A stretch of 64,000 nucleotides of DNA from an uncultured bacterium. Lineage in GTDB: Bacteria > Patescibacteriota > Minisyncoccia > Phycocordibacterales > UBA2100. Positions within the stretch are counted from its first letter, which is position 1. Each line of letters opens with the position of its first letter. A program made the position numbers and the translations under genes. The notes beneath the pieces are model-generated. The model made no database searches. It had not been told where the DNA came from and worked only from the letters and a program-made list of their open reading frames with translations. Below, one piece after another: positions 8,803-19,530 of the stretch. Location: contig CAIJXH010000014.1 in assembly GCA_903824595.1 (NCBI GenBank), positions 12,005-76,004 of the forward strand. The letters are read 5' to 3'.

Positions 8803-9945
8803 ATGAAGATCGTGCTCACAGGCGGAGGAAGTGGTGGACATTTTTATCCGTTGATTGCCGTGGTTGAGGCGATTGAAAAAATAACGCTTGAGAAAAAGCT
8901 CATCGAGCCTGTTTTTTACTATACGGGTCCTGCTCCGTTTGATCCGCCCGCGCTTGCCGAACACGACATAACCTACATACCTTCGTCTGCGGGTAAGTTG
9001 CGTCGCTATGTAAGCATACTCAACATAACGGATGTGTTTAGAACGGTGTTTGGAACAATGCGAGCGACCATACAGCTTTTCAATATATTTCCTGACGTTG
9101 TATTTTCGACAGGCGGCTTTGCGTCATTTCCAACCATGTATGCGGCGCGTCTTCTCGGTATTCCTATTGTGCTGTATGACGCTGATGCGGTACCGGGACG
9201 AGTGTCGCTTTGGTCAGCGCCGTTCGTAAAATGGATTGCTCTCGCTCACGCTGAAGCAGCGGCGGCATTCCCAGAAAAGACTCGTCAAAAGATTGCTCGA
9301 GTAGGGCATCCGATTCGTGCAGAGATTGAAATGCCAACAAAAGAGGGGGGGCATGAATTCTTGAAACTTTCCACCGATGTCCCGACTTTGTTTTTTATGG
9401 GCGGATCGCAAGGTGCGCGCGCACTCAACGAGACAATTTTGGATGCGCTTCCATCACTCGTTGAACGATACAACGTGATACATCAAACGGGTGCCGACAA
9501 CCTCACGGAAGTTTCCAATATCGCCCACGTCGTACTCAAAGATTCTCCTTACGCAGAGCGATATCGCGTGTTCGGGCTACTCAATACACTCGCGCTGCGC
9601 ATGGCAGCGGGTATAACTGATCTTGTTATCTCTCGCGCGGGAAGCGGTACCTTGTTTGAGATTGCATCATGGGGAATTCCAGCAATTCTGGTCCCTATAC
9701 CGCGCGACATCGCACACGACCAGACAGAAAATGCCTTTTCGTATGCACGACATGGCGCATGCATTGTTATAGAACAAGCAAATCTTGCGCCTCACGTTCT
9801 TGTGTCAGAAATCGATCGCATCATGAATGACGCTGCGCAGCTTCACACTATGCACACTGCCGCACGAGCATTCGCACGACCTGATGCCGCACGCACTATT
9901 GCACAAATTATTATTGATACGATACTTGAGCATACCACACCATGA
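8803..9945 (+). CDS. murG: UDP-GlcNAc:lipid I N-acetylglucosaminyltransferase
   Basis: The N-terminal glycine loop MKIVLTGGGSGGHFYPLIAV and the two-domain GT28 architecture are present. An extended -10 sequence (TGTGGTAAAAT) lies upstream. Confidence 0.85.
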   Translation: MKIVLTGGGSGGHFYPLIAVVEAIEKITLEKKLIEPVFYYTGPAPFDPPALAEHDITYIPSSAGKLRRYVSILNITDVFRTVFGTMRATIQLFNIFPDVVFSTGGFASFPTMYAARLLGIPIVLYDADAVPGRVSLWSAPFVKWIALAHAEAAAAFPEKTRQKIARVGHPIRAEIEMPTKEGGHEFLKLSTDVPTLFFMGGSQGARALNETILDALPSLVERYNVIHQTGADNLTEVSNIAHVVLKDSPYAERYRVFGLLNTLALRMAAGITDLVISRAGSGTLFEIASWGIPAILVPIPRDIAHDQTENAFSYARHGACIVIEQANLAPHVLVSEIDRIMNDAAQLHTMHTAARAFARPDAARTIAQIIIDTILEHTTP

Positions 9946-11285
9946 ACGTCGTAACGCGCATCGCACCGAGTCCTACGGGACGCATGCATATTGGTACCGT
10001 ACGTACCGCTTTGTTCAATTATTTATTTGCAAAAAAATACAACGGTTCATTCCTTATTCGCATTGAAGACACGGATCGCGAGCGAAGCAAACAAGAATGG
10101 ACCGATGCAATATGGGAAGATTTTGCGTGGTGTGGGATACAGCCAGATGCGACGTACGTACAATCGCAGCACCTTATTCGACATAGAGAATTGTTGAACG
10201 AGCTCGTGCGATCGGATCGCGCATACATCTCCGAAGAGCCTGCAAAAGACGATCCGTCACGATCAGTCGCCGTGGTACGACTCAGAAATCGCGGATCTAT
10301 CGTTTCGTTTGACGATCTCATACGCGGAACCGTCACGTTCGATACGACCGAACTTGGTGATTTTGTGATCGCGCGATCAATCGACGATCCGCTGTATCAC
10401 TTTGCGGTTGTCGTAGACGATCATGACGCCGGCGTGACGCATGTATTGCGCGCTGAAGAGCATATTTCCAACACGCCGCGACAAATTCTCATCATAGAGG
10501 CGCTCGGCTTTCCGCGCCCGCTCTACGGACACATGCCACTTATTCTTGCTCCCGATCGCTCAAAACTCTCTAAACGCAAACACGCAGCATCAATCGATGT
10601 ATATCGTACACAGGGTTTCTTGCCAGAGGCACTCATCAATTATCTTGCATTGCTTGGCTGGAACCCTGGTAGTGACCGTGAGTTTTTCACTCTTGATGAA
10701 CTTGCGGAAGCGTTCACTATTGAAAATGTCCAAAAAAGTGGCGCGGTGTTTGATAGAGAAAAACTGCGTTGGTACAACAGACATTATCTTCTCGCGAAGA
10801 CAAAAGAAGAATTTGATCGTGAAGCACTCGCGGTGTTGCGCGAATCGCTTGCGGGGAGGGTCGTGTGGGACGAATCGATCGGTTGCGCGCTCGTGCCGCT
10901 CATCAAAGAACGCATCAGCGTGTGGGACGATGTGCGTGTACAGGCTGCGGATGGTGAGTATGATTTTTTCTTTACCGACCCGATACTCGATACCACGAAA
11001 ATTGCAGGTAAGACAACGCCCGTTATCGCGAAAGAACATCTCGCGCATGTGCATGAAATTCTCTCTCAACGCCCTCATGAGCAACACGAGTCTCCGGAGA
11101 TGATCAAGCAACACATCTGGACATACGCGGAAGAAAAGGGAAGGGGAGCGGTACTGTGGCCATTTCGTTACGCGCTTTCTGGACGCGAACGCTCACCCGA
11201 CCCGTTCATTATCGCATCGATCATCGGCAGAGAGGCGACATTGAGAAGAATACATGCGGCGTGCATGCACCTTCATGCGCTATGA
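9942..11285 (+). CDS. gltX: Glutamyl-tRNA synthetase (a short form of about 447 aa)
   Basis: Class I HIGH motif (PSPTGRMHIGTVRTALFN) and the KMSKS-like motif KLSKRK. Confidence 0.9.
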   Translation: MNVVTRIAPSPTGRMHIGTVRTALFNYLFAKKYNGSFLIRIEDTDRERSKQEWTDAIWEDFAWCGIQPDATYVQSQHLIRHRELLNELVRSDRAYISEEPAKDDPSRSVAVVRLRNRGSIVSFDDLIRGTVTFDTTELGDFVIARSIDDPLYHFAVVVDDHDAGVTHVLRAEEHISNTPRQILIIEALGFPRPLYGHMPLILAPDRSKLSKRKHAASIDVYRTQGFLPEALINYLALLGWNPGSDREFFTLDELAEAFTIENVQKSGAVFDREKLRWYNRHYLLAKTKEEFDREALAVLRESLAGRVVWDESIGCALVPLIKERISVWDDVRVQAADGEYDFFFTDPILDTTKIAGKTTPVIAKEHLAHVHEILSQRPHEQHESPEMIKQHIWTYAEEKGRGAVLWPFRYALSGRERSPDPFIIASIIGREATLRRIHAACMHLHAL

Positions 11286-12568
11286 ACACGTGCCGTGCGC
11301 CCATCGCGTATGTCGCGCTCCTGGTTATATTTTTTCCGTTGATAACGAATGCAGAAACTGCCGATGAAATTCAACAACAAATCAACGTCCATAATGCGGC
11401 TATAGAACAACTCAATAAAGATATCGCACTCTATCAATCGCAGCTCGATACAGTATCAAGCAAGAAGCAAACGTTACAAAATACGCTCGATCAAATAAGT
11501 CTTTCCCTCAAGCAAACAAGTGCGTCTATACATATCACCGAACAAAAAATACGCTCAACGCAACTCCAGATTCAACAACTACAAACAGGTATTGTCAATA
11601 AGCAAACATCAATAGCCGTAGGCGCGAGCGGCTTGGCTGAAAGTATGCGACGTATCAATGAATACGACGCCCAACCTTTGATTCTCTCACTCATGGCAGA
11701 TTCAAAAGATACTGCAGCGATGTGGGGCGAATTAGATCGTGCCGCATCATTACAGTCTGCGATTAGTGATCGTATGACGCAGCTTTCGCGGGAAAAGCGT
11801 TCGCTCGATGATACAAAAAAGAGCACGGAAGCGAAACGCGCAGAGCTCCTCACTCAGCAATCGACGCTACTCGCTCAACAAGGATCTCTCAAGGCGACAA
11901 AAAAAGCGCAGGATGATTTGCTTGCGGCGACAAAATCGCAAGAATCTACCTATCAAAAAATTCTTGCACAGAAAAAAGCGCAGGAATCTGATTTTGAACA
12001 AGCTCTTGGCGATTTGCAAACTAAACTCAAGTACGCAGTCGACCCTTCACAAGTTCCAGTCGGAGGATCGGGCGTGTTACATTGGCCACTCGATACAGTA
12101 CGCATCACGCAATATTTTGGCAATACGGCATTCGCGCTTTCTGGCGCATACAATGGAAAAGGGCATAACGGCATGGATTTTGCCGCCTCGATCGGGACGC
12201 CCATACACGCGGCGCTTGGCGGGGTTGTGCTTGGCACGGGCAATACCGATGCGGTACGCGGCTGTTACTCATTTGGCAGATGGGTACTCATGAAGCACGA
12301 CAACGGACTTGATACGATGTATGCGCACCTATCGCAAATCAACGTATCAGAAGGACAGACAGTACACACGGGCGACGTTCTCGGATTTAGCGGCGCAACA
12401 GGGTACGCAACGGGTCCGCACCTACATTTTGGCGTGTATCTCGCGGCGGCAACACAAATAATCAAACTTGGTTCGGCAACAAACAAATCAACACCATGCG
12501 CCAATGCAACAATGCCTGTTGCTCCGCTTGCGGGATATCTCAATCCGATTATGTATCTTCCAAAATAA
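11282..12568 (+). CDS. M23-family metallopeptidase with a signal peptide and a long N-terminal coiled coil (EnvC-like)
   Basis: The C-terminus has GHNGMDFAA...HLHFGVY, the LytM/M23 signature. The N-terminal 250 aa are Gln/Leu-rich heptad repeats. The start ATG overlaps the gltX stop (ATGA). Confidence 0.8.
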   Translation: MNTCRAPIAYVALLVIFFPLITNAETADEIQQQINVHNAAIEQLNKDIALYQSQLDTVSSKKQTLQNTLDQISLSLKQTSASIHITEQKIRSTQLQIQQLQTGIVNKQTSIAVGASGLAESMRRINEYDAQPLILSLMADSKDTAAMWGELDRAASLQSAISDRMTQLSREKRSLDDTKKSTEAKRAELLTQQSTLLAQQGSLKATKKAQDDLLAATKSQESTYQKILAQKKAQESDFEQALGDLQTKLKYAVDPSQVPVGGSGVLHWPLDTVRITQYFGNTAFALSGAYNGKGHNGMDFAASIGTPIHAALGGVVLGTGNTDAVRGCYSFGRWVLMKHDNGLDTMYAHLSQINVSEGQTVHTGDVLGFSGATGYATGPHLHFGVYLAAATQIIKLGSATNKSTPCANATMPVAPLAGYLNPIMYLPK

Positions 12569-13322
12569 ATTTGTGCGGCTGCTTCCACTCGGTATGTCTC
12601 ATTGATTCGATTTCTATTTTTGATACGGAACGCAATGCGCGTACGTTTTTTGCAGGAACAACAGGGAAGTGACGAGACGCATCAAGAGCTTCGACGAGCC
12701 AATATAAATCATCGCGAGCACACACCCATTGATCGGGTGCATAGCGTGACAAGTCGAATGGTTTTGAGAATGTTCGAAGCGTCTTTTTTCCACTCTCGTT
12801 GAAATACTCATGAAAATATGATAGCGCGAGTTCACGTATCGAACGATACACAGGATCGCGGTATCGAAGAATTGCGTGGTTTGTTTTACTCACGGCTCCC
12901 CAGTATCCATGTATTTCAAATGGAGCCACAACATGATCCTCGTCGTCGTGTGTGGTTTGGAAATCAAGAAGTAACGGCGCCTTCCCGTGATAGGCAAACG
13001 CCGCTGCCGCTACAAGCGCACCCTCAAGACAGTGAGCCGTTTGTTCTGCAATTGTTCGACGTGGCGACATATACGTCTCACCGTGAATTTCAAAATTGAT
13101 TGGTAACGTATCGAGATAATCTTGAATCTTTTGCGGCGAATTGAGACGTGCAAACAGCGCACATTCAACGGTTGTACACACACGCTTCAATCGAGTACGG
13201 TAGGCTTCGCCCATAGCGCGAATTATACCTGCCACACTCACAACCTGCATGTCGCAAAAGGTATATTGTGCGACGCTAGGAATGAAAATAAGAATGGCAT
13301 GATGCTGAACAAACCGCATCAC
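12549..13322 (-). CDS. Hypothetical protein, possibly a papain-fold or transglutaminase-like hydrolase with a Cys...His...Asp arrangement
   Basis: 257 aa. AHCLEGALVAAAAFAYHG, then the His-containing segment DEDHVVAPFEIHGYWG, then Asp about 20 residues later. No secure family match can be made by eye. Confidence 0.45.
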   Translation of the reverse strand: MMRFVQHHAILIFIPSVAQYTFCDMQVVSVAGIIRAMGEAYRTRLKRVCTTVECALFARLNSPQKIQDYLDTLPINFEIHGETYMSPRRTIAEQTAHCLEGALVAAAAFAYHGKAPLLLDFQTTHDDEDHVVAPFEIHGYWGAVSKTNHAILRYRDPVYRSIRELALSYFHEYFNESGKKTLRTFSKPFDLSRYAPDQWVCARDDLYWLVEALDASRHFPVVPAKNVRALRSVSKIEIESMRHTEWKQPHKFILEDT

Positions 13323-13325
13323 CCG

Positions 13326-13925
13326 TTATATCCCCCACGGGATTTCAAACTGCGAAAATTCCGGCAGAAGTTTGCGATCATATAAAAGGCGCGAGATGAC
13401 TTCGGCATGTGAAAGAGCGCCAGTAAGCGCGTTGTGCGGCTCGGGCTCGCTAGGAATGCCGCAGTAGTTGAGTACCGCATCAAGATTGAGTGCACTTCGA
13501 CGATGCTTTGGATCAATGGGCGGCTGCATCCCCCGCTTGACCATGTGCATATAGCAAAGCGTGTGCGTATCAATAGTGCGATGTGCAAAAGGCCAATCGG
13601 TGTGTCCTGCGCGTTCCGCGGCAGCGCGTAGAAAATCGCGGTCGAACGAGACGTTTTGCCCGGCAAATGTACGTTCCTGCAACCCGTCGCTCCAACGCAA
13701 AAAAGCACGCACCAGATCGGCTTCGGACTGCTTGTTCTTGCTGATGATCTCTTCCCTTTTGAATCCGCACACCGCGAGTGCCTCATCGGAAATGTGTGCA
13801 CCGTCCCACACACGACATTCTTCATAGAAACGATTTGTAGGATTTGCAAAATCAAGCGCCCCCACACTCACGATGGAGTGTTTCTCCGCGCTTGTCCCAG
13901 AAGCTTCTACGTCGACAACGAGCAT
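13326..13925 (-). CDS. DEDD-family 3'-5' exonuclease (DnaQ / RNase T-like)
   Basis: Exo I motif VVDVEASG, Exo II NVSFDRDFL, and Exo III HNALTGALSHAEV (DEDDh type). Confidence 0.7.
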   Translation of the reverse strand: MLVVDVEASGTSAEKHSIVSVGALDFANPTNRFYEECRVWDGAHISDEALAVCGFKREEIISKNKQSEADLVRAFLRWSDGLQERTFAGQNVSFDRDFLRAAAERAGHTDWPFAHRTIDTHTLCYMHMVKRGMQPPIDPKHRRSALNLDAVLNYCGIPSEPEPHNALTGALSHAEVISRLLYDRKLLPEFSQFEIPWGI

Positions 13926-13945
13926 GTCAGTATTCTACACGCGAT

Positions 13946-14314
13946 TTACTCGCTTCCCAAGCCTTTGCAATTTTTTGCTGGACGGTACCCCGCGGTTTGT
14001 GCCGCTCCCTCAGACGCAAACCAGCGTTGATTTTGCGGTGTGATTTTTGCAGCACCTGCGCACCATGGATAGTAGTATGTCGACCCAGAGCGAGCAGCTA
14101 CCAATTGACCTCCCATGGGTATACCGGGTATATGAGCAGGGATACTGGCGTCAATTATGTTCACGGGAGACGTTACTGTCTCTGTAAACGAAAGCCTGCC
14201 CAGTCCGAATGACACAAGCGCAACACAGAGGACGATAAGTGCTATTCCCCACTCGACAAACACATCTTCTGCGAGGTTCTTGATTTTGAGACGCCATTCA
14301 GCTATACTCCCCAT
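13946..14314 (-). CDS. Small membrane-anchored protein with a sunset-like domain
   Basis: A TM helix is followed by ...[14 protein letters not shown]...[20 protein letters not shown]. This pattern (Y-H/Y-x-P-x-C...F-x-S-E-x-x-A-x-x-A-G-Y-R-P-A...C) characterises sunset domains. The start was chosen at MGSIAEW to avoid overlapping rpmA. Confidence 0.45.
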   Translation of the reverse strand: MGSIAEWRLKIKNLAEDVFVEWGIALIVLCVALVSFGLGRLSFTETVTSPVNIIDASIPAHIPGIPMGGQLVAARSGSTYYYPWCAGAAKITPQNQRWFASEGAAQTAGYRPAKNCKGLGSE

Positions 14315-14323
14315 CACACCATT

Positions 14324-14602
14324 ATGGCACATACAAAAGCAGGCGGAACAGCGCGAAACCTGAATGACTCAAACCCGAAATACCTCGGCGTAAAGCGTGC
14401 TGACGGGCAAAAAGTGAGTATCGGTGAGATTATTGTACGCCAGCGCGGTACCGTCATTATGCCTGGAAAAAACATCGGTATGGGCAAAGATCACACCCTT
14501 TTTGCGGAAATTGCAGGCACGGTGAAGTTTCGTACTACTCGCAAAACAAATTTCAACGGACGCAAGCGAGTAAGCCCTATCGTTGACGTACGTGCCGCCT
14601 AA
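14324..14602 (+). CDS. rpmA: 50S ribosomal protein L27
   Basis: [12 protein letters not shown]...LGVKR...IIVRQRGT...GKDHTLFA is the canonical L27 sequence. Confidence 0.9.
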   Translation: MAHTKAGGTARNLNDSNPKYLGVKRADGQKVSIGEIIVRQRGTVIMPGKNIGMGKDHTLFAEIAGTVKFRTTRKTNFNGRKRVSPIVDVRAA

Positions 14603-15042
14603 AGCGCTTGCACAACAAGCGTGAATTCTGTCCGCACAGATGCATGCGTGACAGGTATCGTGTAGTCACCCACGGTTTTGATTGGATGCTCGAGTGAGAT
14701 TGATTCGAGAGGAATCGTGGTGTGTGTTTCCGTTTGTATCACATGCGCAATCTCTTTTGCGCCAATAGATTTGAACAACCCGCCTTTTTCTGTAGCCTTC
14801 ACGCGCAGTACGATGCGCACGCCGTGAACACTCTTGATGCGCGCCACGAGCGCCTCTTCTGCCGCCCTGTGTTCAGAAGCAACGCGAGCGCGCACTTCCT
14901 CGTGTTTCTTGATTTTCTCCAACGTCGCCTGTTCTGCCGCGCCGCGCGGAATAAGTGCATTGAAAGCATATCCGTCGGCAACCTCTTTTATGTCGCCAAT
15001 TCTACCCACACCTCGAACATCTTTGAGAAATATTACTTTCAT
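14599..15042 (-). CDS. rplI: 50S ribosomal protein L9
   Basis: [32 protein letters not shown] is the L9 N-domain signature. Its 3' end converges on rpmA. Confidence 0.85.
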   Translation of the reverse strand: MKVIFLKDVRGVGRIGDIKEVADGYAFNALIPRGAAEQATLEKIKKHEEVRARVASEHRAAEEALVARIKSVHGVRIVLRVKATEKGGLFKSIGAKEIAHVIQTETHTTIPLESISLEHPIKTVGDYTIPVTHASVRTEFTLVVQAL

Positions 15043-15049
15043 GCGCTTA

Positions 15050-16312
15050 TTAGTGTTTTTGAGTGAGGAGTATGCTCACGGCTTTGTCCATTTGAGGATC
15101 TTCGCCTTTTTTGAGCGTGTCGGGCACAAGCACTTCTGTGTCTGGCTTGATACCTTCGAGCGGAATATGTGTACCATCTGGTCCCAGCCATCGCGCGACG
15201 GTTATCTTGAGCGATGTATCTGAAGTGATGGGCACAAGCTCTTGCACGCACCCCTTGCCAAACGTGTTGGTGCCTACCAGTGTTGCTTTGTTCCAATAAC
15301 GCAACGCCTCCGAGAGGATTTCAGATGCAGACGCAGAGCCTCGATCAACAAGTATCACCATGCGGAGATTGTCATTGAATACGTCGTAACCGAACGAGCG
15401 ATGCACTACATTTGCTTCGTGTCCTGCATAATCTTCCGTTACAACAATCTTGCCGAGAGGAAGAAACCAGCTCGCTATTTGTACCGCCGCATCCAAGTAT
15501 CCTCCGGGATTGCCGCGCAAGTCGAGTATGAGACGAGTGTCACCTGATGCGATAAATTCACGAAGTGCACCACGAAAGAGCTCACCTGAATTTGCCGTGA
15601 AGCTTTGTATTCGTATCACAAATACGCCATCTTTGCGCGCCGTGGTGGTGACGATCGGGATGTTTATGATGTCGCGAGTCACTTTGATGTCACGCGCCTT
15701 ATCCCACCCCTCACGGAGAATCTTGAGAGTGACGATCGTATCTTTTGGACCTCGGATACGCTTCACCGCACTGGTAACATCCATGCCATGCGTATTGGTA
15801 CCATCTATAGAAAGAATAGCATCTCCAGCCCTGATGCCCGCTTGTTCGGAAGGGGTTCCTTTGAGTGGCGAGACGACGACTAATTGATTGTTCTTAATGG
15901 CAACCTCCATTCCCACACCTTCAAATGCTCCACTCATGTCATCAGAAAATTGTTTGCTCTCGACTGGCGGCATGAAGAACGTGTACGGATCACCCAAGGA
16001 ATCTGCCATTCCCGCAATCATGCCCCACACGCGCCGCTGATTTGCTTCAGCGGTAGTCGATGCGACGGGCGTCGTGCTGGCAACCGCCGCAGGAACAAAC
16101 TTTTCATCTATTTCGTGCCACGCTTTCCACACAGGATCAAAATCTACCCCTGCCGGCACCGTGTGTTCGTACCCAAGACTGGTCGGATAATATGATGCGC
16201 ATATATATCCTCCAACAAATCCAGCACCAAGACAGATGAATAAGATTGCCACGATCCATCGCCACGCCAGCGGTGATTTGAATGGAATTCCTCGCGTTTC
16301 AATAGAAAGCAT
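15050..16312 (-). CDS. ctpA: Carboxyl-terminal processing protease (S41), membrane anchored
   Basis: PDZ domain ([13 protein letters not shown]), S41 core [13 protein letters not shown], and the catalytic region. An N-terminal TM helix is present. Confidence 0.85.
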   Translation of the reverse strand: MLSIETRGIPFKSPLAWRWIVAILFICLGAGFVGGYICASYYPTSLGYEHTVPAGVDFDPVWKAWHEIDEKFVPAAVASTTPVASTTAEANQRRVWGMIAGMADSLGDPYTFFMPPVESKQFSDDMSGAFEGVGMEVAIKNNQLVVVSPLKGTPSEQAGIRAGDAILSIDGTNTHGMDVTSAVKRIRGPKDTIVTLKILREGWDKARDIKVTRDIINIPIVTTTARKDGVFVIRIQSFTANSGELFRGALREFIASGDTRLILDLRGNPGGYLDAAVQIASWFLPLGKIVVTEDYAGHEANVVHRSFGYDVFNDNLRMVILVDRGSASASEILSEALRYWNKATLVGTNTFGKGCVQELVPITSDTSLKITVARWLGPDGTHIPLEGIKPDTEVLVPDTLKKGEDPQMDKAVSILLTQKH

Positions 16313-16363
16313 CGGCACATTATCGCACATATGCACGCACGTTGCCAAACGAACGGTTCACTA

Positions 16364-17020
16364 TCACTCTGCAGCGATAGTATCCCACAGTTTCTTGGTA
16401 TCTTTATTCTGCCGCCATAGATCTAAAACCCTTGCGCGAATTCCCTGGTGCTGCGGATACCCATAATCAATAACTCCTTCGGGCATGAGGTCTTTGCATT
16501 CTACGTTGAGTAGCACTGTCAGCGATTCTTTCAAGTCGTTATACTTTTGTTTACCGAGTCTGGTCTCTTCTTCCGGTCCAAAACTGTACCATGTGTAGAA
16601 GTGCCACAATTCGTGCATTGCCGTCATTTTAGGATATTGAGACCGCACCGAGACCATGAAGAAGTTTTGTTCTAAATTATATGGACAACTGTCATTGATT
16701 GTGAGACATGCGGCAATATCGCAGGGTAACGATACACCAAAGATTGCTTCAGCTCGTCGTATGTATTCATCCGCGATAGCATCCCACGCGGCTTGATATG
16801 CAGACACGTTCGTTTGTATATTAAGTTGATTTTCTACGAGATATGAATCAATAAATGTGGACAATTCTTCCTTCGTTGGGCTTTCACTGCTCCGGGCAAC
16901 TACTGATTGCCATGTCTGTGTCGGGCGAGCATCGTTATTTGATCCCTTCCCCCAATGCGTCAAAGTCCATATATCTCGTTCCTTATTATATTGAAAAGTG
17001 ACTTTCATAATCTCCCACAC
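16364..17020 (-). CDS. Hypothetical protein with an HExxH zinc-binding motif (putative metallohydrolase)
   Basis: MTAMHELWHFYTW. There is no signal peptide and the family is unassigned. Confidence 0.45.
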   Translation of the reverse strand: MWEIMKVTFQYNKERDIWTLTHWGKGSNNDARPTQTWQSVVARSSESPTKEELSTFIDSYLVENQLNIQTNVSAYQAAWDAIADEYIRRAEAIFGVSLPCDIAACLTINDSCPYNLEQNFFMVSVRSQYPKMTAMHELWHFYTWYSFGPEEETRLGKQKYNDLKESLTVLLNVECKDLMPEGVIDYGYPQHQGIRARVLDLWRQNKDTKKLWDTIAAE

Positions 17021-17081
17021 TATACAATAAAAAGAACGATGCGTCGGAGACGAGCGTTTTGGATGCGGTATACTGTCCTGT

Positions 17082-17993
17082 ATGCTTGTCCGTCGTCAAC
17101 ATGGTGCAGTCACATGGATTGATCTTGAATCGCCAAATCATGCGGAAGTACGCAAAGTTGCTTCTGAATTTCACATAGACCCTTCCATAGCCAATGAACT
17201 CATGCTTCCTTCAATCAAAGCCCGTGCCGAGCTGCACCCTTCTTACGTGTATGCCATATTTCACTTCCCTGCCCTGCGACATACGCACACGTCGATTGCG
17301 CAGGAAATAGACTTTGTGGTAGGTAATCAATTTCTGATAACAACTCACTACGACACCATAGATCCATTGCATACATTTTCGAAGTCGCTCGAGGTGCAAG
17401 CAGCGTTGCACAAAAGCGGCGAGACAATGCATGGCGGACACATCTTCTTCGCGCTAATGGAGAAATTGTATCGATCTGTAGAACACGAAATCGACGCAGT
17501 ACGTCAAGATTTGCGTTCAATCGAAGAAAATATATTTTCTGGATATGAAGTACCCATGGTGGCGGCAATTTCGCGAAGCGCTCGAAGTCTGCTCAATCTG
17601 CGGCAAACAATAGAGCCGCATCGCGAGATGTTGCGCACTCTGGAAGAAGAATCACACGCCTTGTTCGGTCAAGAATTTACTCCCTATGCAAGAACGCTCT
17701 CCAGTGAATATTATCGCGTGCACAATCATGTTATGCGCCACACTGATACACTACACGAACTTCGTGAGACCAATAACTCCCTCCTCACGACCAAACAAAG
17801 TCATATCATGAAGACGTTTACCGTGCTTGCGTTTTTCACACTTCCGCTTTCACTTATCGCGTCCATATTCAGTATGAATACTCACAGCACGCCAATCGTC
17901 GGTGGTGAACACGATTTTTTGATCATTGTAATTGCTATGACCGTGGTTACCGGGCTCATGATCTGGTATTTTAGACGTAAAAAATGGCTCTGA
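17082..17993 (+). CDS. corA: CorA-family Mg2+/Co2+ transporter, a variant with SMN instead of the GMN motif
   Basis: The cytoplasmic domain is followed by two C-terminal TM helices. The loop reads FSMNTHS where GMN is canonical. The protein ends RRKKWL. Confidence 0.75.
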   Translation: MLVRRQHGAVTWIDLESPNHAEVRKVASEFHIDPSIANELMLPSIKARAELHPSYVYAIFHFPALRHTHTSIAQEIDFVVGNQFLITTHYDTIDPLHTFSKSLEVQAALHKSGETMHGGHIFFALMEKLYRSVEHEIDAVRQDLRSIEENIFSGYEVPMVAAISRSARSLLNLRQTIEPHREMLRTLEEESHALFGQEFTPYARTLSSEYYRVHNHVMRHTDTLHELRETNNSLLTTKQSHIMKTFTVLAFFTLPLSLIASIFSMNTHSTPIVGGEHDFLIIVIAMTVVTGLMIWYFRRKKWL

Positions 17994-19498
17994 AGCATAT
18001 GAATCTCTCGCGTATTTTCTCATGGTTTCGCACACAACCACGTTGTCCGATTTTCCTCTATAACACGCAAGGAGCTTCGCTTCAGGAATTTGTGCAACCC
18101 GCGTACGCTCATACGGTGCGTATGTACAACTGCGGTCCTACGGTGTATGGCACGCAGCATATTGGAAACCTCTCCATGTTCGTCTTTGCCGACATTCTTC
18201 GTCGCATGCTCGAGTATAACGGACATCCCGTGAAGCAAGTTATCAACATAACTGATTTCGGACATCTATCTGGAGATAACGCAAGTGACGCTGATCACGG
18301 AGAAGATCGCATGATGAAGGGACTAAAACGCGACGGATACGCGATTACTATGGAAAATGTACGCGTGATGGCGGAAACATACACGACCATCTTTCTTGAT
18401 GACCTTTCAACACTCAACATCGACACGAGCCGCATCACATTTCCGCGCGCAAGCGAATACATTCCTGCTCAAATAGCCATGATCCAAACGCTTGAAGAAA
18501 AAGGATACGCATATCGTGCCGATGACGGTATGTATTTTGACACATCGCGTTTTTCTGGATACGGATCGTTGGGTGATCAACACCTCGATGGCAACAAAGG
18601 AGGTGCGCGTGTCGCCGTCGTGGGAGGAAAACGTAATCCGAGTGATTTTGCTTTGTGGAAAAACTCAGAAGACGACGCGCTCGGATGGAATTCGCCATGG
18701 GGACGTGGATTTCCTGGGTGGCACATTGAATGTTCTGCTATGATTCGCAAAACACTTGGTGAGCAGATCGATATCCATACGGGAGGCATCGAACATATTG
18801 CCATTCATCACAACAACGAGATTGCGCAGTCGGAAGCATGCACGGGCAAGAAACCCTTCTGTCGTTTTTGGCTGCACCGCGCACATCTTCAACTCGAAGG
18901 CGCAAAATTTGCGAAGTCAGAAGGACGCGTAATCTTCCTCGCGGATATACTTCGTCGCGGCTACCATCCGTTCGCCTTTCGTTATTTTCTCCTTATGTCG
19001 CATTATCGAGCGCCATCTAATTTTACATGGGAGGCACTGGATGCAGCCCAGACTGCGTTTTTGCGACTGCGACGTATCGTAGATTCTATTTCGGAAAAAG
19101 AAACCGTTGCACCAGAACGTTATAGAAGGAAGTGGCACGAACGCATCAACGATGATCTCGATACACCGGGCGCTCTGGCAGTTGTGTGGGACATGCTCAA
19201 GGAAACCACACTCACCCCCGCTGAAATCAAAGCAGGAATTATTGATATTGATCGAGTGTTTGGTATTGGCTTGAGTGAAGCTGATTCTCTGGCTGCGGAA
19301 TTATGCATGCGCGAATGGGGAAAACCTGTGTCGCTAGACATGCTTACCGAGCGCGCGCGATCACTGTTTGATGCTCGAGTCGCAGCTCGAGCGCATAAAG
19401 ACTGGAAAACGGCAGATACGTTGCGCAAAGAACTCGAACAGTTTGGATATATTCTGGAAGACAGCGCAGACGATACTCGCGTGTTCAAGAAATCTTAG
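17984..19498 (+). CDS. cysS: Cysteinyl-tRNA synthetase
   Basis: MYNCGPTVYGTQHIGN (the HIGH region) and KFAKSEG (KMSKS-like), plus the C-terminal DALR-type domain. Confidence 0.9.
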   Translation: MALKHMNLSRIFSWFRTQPRCPIFLYNTQGASLQEFVQPAYAHTVRMYNCGPTVYGTQHIGNLSMFVFADILRRMLEYNGHPVKQVINITDFGHLSGDNASDADHGEDRMMKGLKRDGYAITMENVRVMAETYTTIFLDDLSTLNIDTSRITFPRASEYIPAQIAMIQTLEEKGYAYRADDGMYFDTSRFSGYGSLGDQHLDGNKGGARVAVVGGKRNPSDFALWKNSEDDALGWNSPWGRGFPGWHIECSAMIRKTLGEQIDIHTGGIEHIAIHHNNEIAQSEACTGKKPFCRFWLHRAHLQLEGAKFAKSEGRVIFLADILRRGYHPFAFRYFLLMSHYRAPSNFTWEALDAAQTAFLRLRRIVDSISEKETVAPERYRRKWHERINDDLDTPGALAVVWDMLKETTLTPAEIKAGIIDIDRVFGIGLSEADSLAAELCMREWGKPVSLDMLTERARSLFDARVAARAHKDWKTADTLRKELEQFGYILEDSADDTRVFKKS

Positions 19499-19530
19499 AA
19501 AACAAGCGGGAGCAACTCGTCGAAAAAACT

